Under the pieces are notes generated by a model. It saw only the letters and a list, made by a program, of their open reading frames with translations, made no database searches and was not told the origin of the DNA. Position numbers and translations under genes: made by a program. A DNA stretch of 32,000 nucleotides from Alkanindiges sp. WGS2144. GTDB lineage: Bacteria > Pseudomonadota > Gammaproteobacteria > Pseudomonadales > Moraxellaceae. Numbering within the stretch: the first letter of the stretch is position 1; every line of letters starts with the position of its first letter. Positions 28,460 to 32,000 of the stretch are shown here, one piece after another. The stretch lies in NCBI RefSeq assembly GCF_043950625.1, contig NZ_CP171007.1. One strand, given 5' to 3'.

Positions 28460-29125
28460 ATGCCCCTACAAACTTTACCGACCTGGATACAAGTCGGTGC
28501 TTTTCTGTTAGCACTAAATGCTGGCATGATAAATATTTTGGCAATATTTAATGTTGCTCATCAGACGATCTCTCATATGACTGGTAATGTCAGCTATCTG
28601 GTACTGGAAATGCTACAACGCAATTGGTTAAATGCGTTATTTTTACTTGGTGTGATATTTTTCTTTGTATTAGGCTCTTTTTATAGTGGCTTTATTATTC
28701 GGGATGCAACTTTGCGTCTAGGTCATCGCTATGGCGTGGTATTAATTCTTGAAGCCCTATTTTTATTTATTACCTGGTTATTGATTGATAATTATCCTCA
28801 TTATGCATTGTTGTGGGCAGCGACAGCTTGTGGAATGCAAAATGCCCTAGCTAGTACCTACAATGGCACAATTATTCGGACTACTCATTTATCTGGCGTG
28901 CTTACTGATTTAGGGTTGGCTTTGGGATATAGAGCACGTGGACTATACGTTAATCCCAAGCGTATTTTATTGCATAGTTTGATTGTACTTGGATTCTTTG
29001 CAGGTGGAGTTATTGGCGGTCTAAACTTTTATATGCATCCTGATAGCAGCTTTTTATATCCTACCTTGTTAACCACGCTATTAGCGTTCATATACTGGTT
29101 TTTTTACCTTAAGCAGCAACGGTGA
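28460..29125 (+). CDS. YoaK/DUF1275-family inner membrane protein
   Basis: 221 aa, multi-TM. The N-terminal pattern LALNAGMINILAIF...ISHMTGNVS is typical of DUF1275. Confidence 0.65.
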   Translation: MPLQTLPTWIQVGAFLLALNAGMINILAIFNVAHQTISHMTGNVSYLVLEMLQRNWLNALFLLGVIFFFVLGSFYSGFIIRDATLRLGHRYGVVLILEALFLFITWLLIDNYPHYALLWAATACGMQNALASTYNGTIIRTTHLSGVLTDLGLALGYRARGLYVNPKRILLHSLIVLGFFAGGVIGGLNFYMHPDSSFLYPTLLTTLLAFIYWFFYLKQQR

Positions 29126-29194
29126 AGCTAACAACCATCAGCTATCTGCCAAAATTTGATAATATATTCTTTTGTTTTTAAGGTTTTTTAAAAG

Positions 29195-29728
29195 ATGGCT
29201 AAAAATGCATTACAGGCTCAATTGTTAAAGGCAGGACTGGTAGACAATAAAAAAGCCAAACAGCTTAATAAACAAACTCAACACGCAAAGCGCACAGGTG
29301 AACAATCTGATGCTGAAGTCAAAAAAGCACTAGCAGAAGCTCAGGCAAAAAAACTGGAAAAAGATCAGCAGCTTAATCAGGAAAAACAACGCCTGCTAGA
29401 GGAAAAAACTTTAAGGGCTAATATTGTGCAAATGATTAAGCAACACCAATTGAGTGATACATCTGGTGATAGCCCTTATCAATTTATTGATCATGGTAAA
29501 ATTAAAAAAATTTATATTACCTCCAAATTATACGACCAAGTAGTTGCCGGTCATGTGGCCATCGTCCGTACAGAAGAAAGTTATGCCCTGCTACCTCGCC
29601 CATTAGCTAAACGTATTGATGAGAAAATGACAGGTTTTGTAGTTGTGGCAAATGATAAATCTGATCAGCAGGTAGATGAAGATGATCCTTATGCAGCGTA
29701 TGTGATTCCTGATGATTTAATGTGGTAA
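29195..29728 (+). CDS. DUF2058 (YaiL-like) protein
   Basis: 177 aa. MAKNALQAQLLKAGLVDNKKAKQLNKQ..., Lys-rich N-terminus and acidic C-terminus (DEDDPYAAYVIPDDLMW). Confidence 0.65.
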   Translation: MAKNALQAQLLKAGLVDNKKAKQLNKQTQHAKRTGEQSDAEVKKALAEAQAKKLEKDQQLNQEKQRLLEEKTLRANIVQMIKQHQLSDTSGDSPYQFIDHGKIKKIYITSKLYDQVVAGHVAIVRTEESYALLPRPLAKRIDEKMTGFVVVANDKSDQQVDEDDPYAAYVIPDDLMW

Positions 29729-29811
29729 ATGTAGAATCAAAAGCCTAGAGAATAGGTAAAAGATTTTATGGATAATTTAAAAACATTCTAGGATATTATT
29801 ATTGAAGTGTT

Positions 29812-29843
29812 AAAGCCGCCTTTATAATGAAGAGCGGCTTTTT
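29812..29843. terminator. bidirectional terminator between the DUF2058 gene and pyrF
   Basis: AAAGCCGC-ctttataatgaaga-GCGGCTTT followed by TT. Confidence 0.65.
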
Positions 29844-29862
29844 ATATAAATTTCAGGTCAAA

Positions 29863-30558
29863 CTACTGAACGGACTGGTATATATCTATCAGTGTTTGTT
29901 GTGGATTATCTGCTTTGGTAATTGGACGCCCAATGACCATGTAATCTACCCCATCCTGCATTGCTTGCTGCGGTGTTACAATCCGTTTTTGATCATCAAC
30001 CGCACTATCAACTGGTCGTATCCCAGGCGTAACCAGCAAAAAGTCTGACCCTAGCTGTTCCCGAAGCATTTTTGCCTCCTGAGCGGAACATACTACCCCG
30101 TCTACTCCGCAGGTTTTGGCTAATGTCGCCAATTTGGTCACTTGCTGAGCAGCACTTACTTGAATACCCAGTTCACTCAAGTCCTGATCACTCATTGATG
30201 TCAGTACAGTAACCGCGATTAAGTGTGTGTTATAATTGCCTTGCTTAAGTCGCTCAACAGTGGTTTCCATCATTTGACGGCCACCACTTGCATGTATGTT
30301 CACCATCCATATACCCAGATCAGCTGCGGCTAGTACTGCCTGCGCGGTAGTATTGGGAATATCATGAAACTTAAGGTCAAGAAAAACCTCAAACTGCCGT
30401 TGGTGTAAATCCTGAATAATTTGTGGGCCAAGCCGGGTAAATAGTTCCTTGCCTACTTTAAGTCGGCATAATTTTGGATCCATTTGATCAGCCAGGCTCA
30501 AGGCATCATGCTGGTTATTGACATCAAGGGCAACGATAATACTCAAAATTAAATCCAA
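29863..30558 (-). CDS. pyrF: orotidine-5'-phosphate decarboxylase
   Basis: 231 aa. [15 protein letters not shown] and catalytic-lysine context. The apparent start is TTG at 30558, and no in-frame ATG lies nearby. Confidence 0.9.
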   Translation of the reverse strand: MDLILSIIVALDVNNQHDALSLADQMDPKLCRLKVGKELFTRLGPQIIQDLHQRQFEVFLDLKFHDIPNTTAQAVLAAADLGIWMVNIHASGGRQMMETTVERLKQGNYNTHLIAVTVLTSMSDQDLSELGIQVSAAQQVTKLATLAKTCGVDGVVCSAQEAKMLREQLGSDFLLVTPGIRPVDSAVDDQKRIVTPQQAMQDGVDYMVIGRPITKADNPQQTLIDIYQSVQ

Positions 30559-30570
30559 ATATCAGGCAAT

Positions 30571-30593
30571 AAAAAAGCCCATTATAATGGGCT
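30571..30593 (-). terminator. hairpin plus T-run overlapping the lapA stop codon
   Basis: Reverse strand: AGCCCATTA|TAATGGGCT (18-bp perfect palindrome) followed by TTTTTT. Confidence 0.6.
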
Positions 30594-30932
30594 TTGTGGA
30601 TGAGTGGGAGTCACATCAAGCACTGTTTTTTCCTGTTGGGCCGCCATGGCCGCAGTACTAGCCGCCTGAATTTGCTGCTGGCGTAAATGTTCTATTTCTT
30701 TGTTTAAGCGCTGTATTTCCCAATTACGCTGGAATACTTTAAACACAATTACTCCTAATAACAAGCCTATCACGACACCTAAAACCAGCGTTAGCAGTAG
30801 CAGTAAACCAGCACGCATTTGAGGCACTTGAGTAAATAACAGATCAACTTGTAACTCGGTACTATTTTGCAGCACTAAAGCCAGTGCATAGCCAAATAGC
30901 ACAATGAGTAGCACAATTAAAACGTAACGCAT
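30582..30932 (-). CDS. lapA: LapA-family (DUF1049) inner membrane protein
   Basis: 116 aa with two TM helices (MRYVLIVLLIVLFGYALALVL, GLLLLLTLVLGVVIGLLLGVIVF). Positioned after ihfB. Confidence 0.7.
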   Translation of the reverse strand: MRYVLIVLLIVLFGYALALVLQNSTELQVDLLFTQVPQMRAGLLLLLTLVLGVVIGLLLGVIVFKVFQRNWEIQRLNKEIEHLRQQQIQAASTAAMAAQQEKTVLDVTPTHPQSPL

Positions 30933-30968
30933 CGCGTTCTCCAGTTCCTTTTGAATACTTTTTATCGT

Positions 30969-31277
30969 TTATTTTGCGTTGACCGCTTCATTTACTGCAT
31001 CACGCAAAGCTTTGCCCGGCTTGAAATGCGGTACTGCCTTGGCAGCGACTTTAACTGAATCACCAGTTTTGGGATTACGGCCAACACGTGGCTCCCGATG
31101 GTGTAGTGCAAAGCTACCAAAGCCGCGAATTTCAATCCGGTTATTGGTGGCCAGTGTACTAATCATTTGGTCAAGAATAGTTTTTACTGCATCTTCAACA
31201 ATATTTTCAGAAATATTAGTTTGCTTACCAGCAATTCGTTCTATCAAGTCAGATTTATTCAGTGCATTGTTTGTCAT
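30969..31277 (-). CDS. ihfB: integration host factor subunit beta
   Basis: 102 aa. [28 protein letters not shown]. rpsA-ihfB synteny. Confidence 0.95.
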   Translation of the reverse strand: MTNNALNKSDLIERIAGKQTNISENIVEDAVKTILDQMISTLATNNRIEIRGFGSFALHHREPRVGRNPKTGDSVKVAAKAVPHFKPGKALRDAVNEAVNAK

Positions 31278-31329
31278 GATTAATCCCTCACAAATTCAGA
31301 TAGTTAATCATAACAGCTTTTTATATTAG

Positions 31330-31364
31330 TTCGGTAGCACGAGTTTTATTACTGTGCTACCGAA
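31330..31364 (-). terminator. stem-loop between rpsA and ihfB (possible partial terminator)
   Basis: TTCGGTAGCAC-13 nt-GTGCTACCGAA. A second AU-rich hairpin lies at 31372..31397. No clean T-run follows either one. Confidence 0.35.
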
Positions 31365-31405
31365 TGCAACTTTTTATTAAGACAGTGCTTAATAAAAGTC
31401 GGGAC

Positions 31406-32000
31406 TTACTTCATTTGTGCCTTGATCAGGTCACCAATGGTTTTAGGACCAGCATCCTGAGCATTTGTAGCAGTGTTAGTGCTACGCAGGTTATTAATCG
31501 CTTCACGCTCTTCTGCTTCATCTTTTGCCTTGATAGACAGGTTGATGGTGCGGGATTTGCGATCAACGTTAATGATCTTGGCTTCAATTTCCTGACCGAC
31601 AGTCAAATGCTTGGTCGCATCTTCAACACGGTCACGATTGATTTCAGAGGCTTTTAAAGTACCTTCGATATCATCAGCCAGTTTTACAGTAGCGCCACGG
31701 GCGTCAACTTCAGTCACAGTGCCTTTAACCAGCGCACCACGCTCATTCCTAGACAGATAGTCATTGAATGGGTCGTTGTTCAACTGTTTGATACCCAGGC
31801 TGATGCGGTTACCCTCTGCATCAACAGACAGGATAACGGCTTCAACAGTATCACCTTTCCTGTAACGACGGATGGCTTCTTCACCCTGTTCATTCCAGGA
31901 AATATCAGACAGGTGAACCAGTCCATCAATACCACCAGGCAGACCAATGAAGATACCAAAGTCAGTGATTGACTTGATCGTACCAGACACTTTCTCGCCT
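31406..32000 (-). CDS. rpsA: 30S ribosomal protein S1, C-terminal part (5' end lies beyond the window end)
   Basis: S1-domain repeats ([50 protein letters not shown]). The frame is open to the window edge. Confidence 0.95.
   Translation of the reverse strand, partial: GEKVSGTIKSITDFGIFIGLPGGIDGLVHLSDISWNEQGEEAIRRYRKGDTVEAVILSVDAEGNRISLGIKQLNNDPFNDYLSRNERGALVKGTVTEVDARGATVKLADDIEGTLKASEINRDRVEDATKHLTVGQEIEAKIINVDRKSRTINLSIKAKDEAEEREAINNLRSTNTATNAQDAGPKTIGDLIKAQMK

Noticed and set aside
1-32000. Search for a second dif-like site that would indicate an integrated Xer-dependent element (IMEX) or a pdif module.
   Set aside because: I scanned the intergenic and AT-rich stretches for ATAA-N6-TTAT cores. 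The partial resemblances (6108..6135, 17785..17812, 18512..18540, 28358..28385) have at most one acceptable arm. This was a manual scan and is not exhaustive.
1-32000. CRISPR arrays, tRNA, rRNA and prophage or defence-system gene sets.
   Set aside because: I saw no regularly spaced direct repeats, no cloverleaf-like conserved tRNA arms and no rRNA-like stretch. I recognised no nuclease, ATPase or defence-type gene combination.

Overview
This looks like a chromosomal segment of a gammaproteobacterium. Gene order and protein sequences look Moraxellaceae/Acinetobacter-like, but that is inference only.

**1-20.9 kb: conserved housekeeping.**
- A TolC-family gene that runs off the left edge.
- dapC-glnD, purT and ychF.
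- A GST-like gene, a HIT protein and a membrane class III nucleotide cyclase.
- The complete iscR-iscS-iscU-iscA-hscB-hscA-fdx operon, with a recognisable IscR box.
- An SCP2/UbiJ-like protein, a phasin and hupB-ppiD.

**20.9-28.4 kb: the unusual part.**
- An orphan 277-aa protein carries a collinear series of short motifs shared with E. coli Tus.
- It is followed by a Cys-rich four-helix-bundle (DUF326/Csp3-like) protein, an MBL-fold hydrolase and a YtoQ-like protein.
- A three-gene, ATGA-coupled thiol-redox operon follows (dsbD, tlpA-like, dsbG/scsC-like). Its first two genes are each interrupted by a single in-frame TAG in the same local context.
- Next to it is a 41-codon stump of a response regulator, cut off by an IS5-type insertion sequence.
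- The IS transposase is split at an A9 run.
- Inside the IS is a 28-bp sequence that matches E. coli dif at 23/28 positions. The XerD arm and the central hexamer are perfect.
- Five GGGNAGGG (KOPS) motifs lie on the + strand to the left of this site, and none on the - strand. rpsA, to its right, is on the - strand.
- Together these suggest the window may span the replication terminus.

**28.4-32 kb:** yoaK-like, DUF2058, pyrF, lapA, ihfB and the 3' part of rpsA.

I could not recognise any rRNA, tRNA or CRISPR array. All calls rest on reading the sequence and the ORF track. No database search was run.
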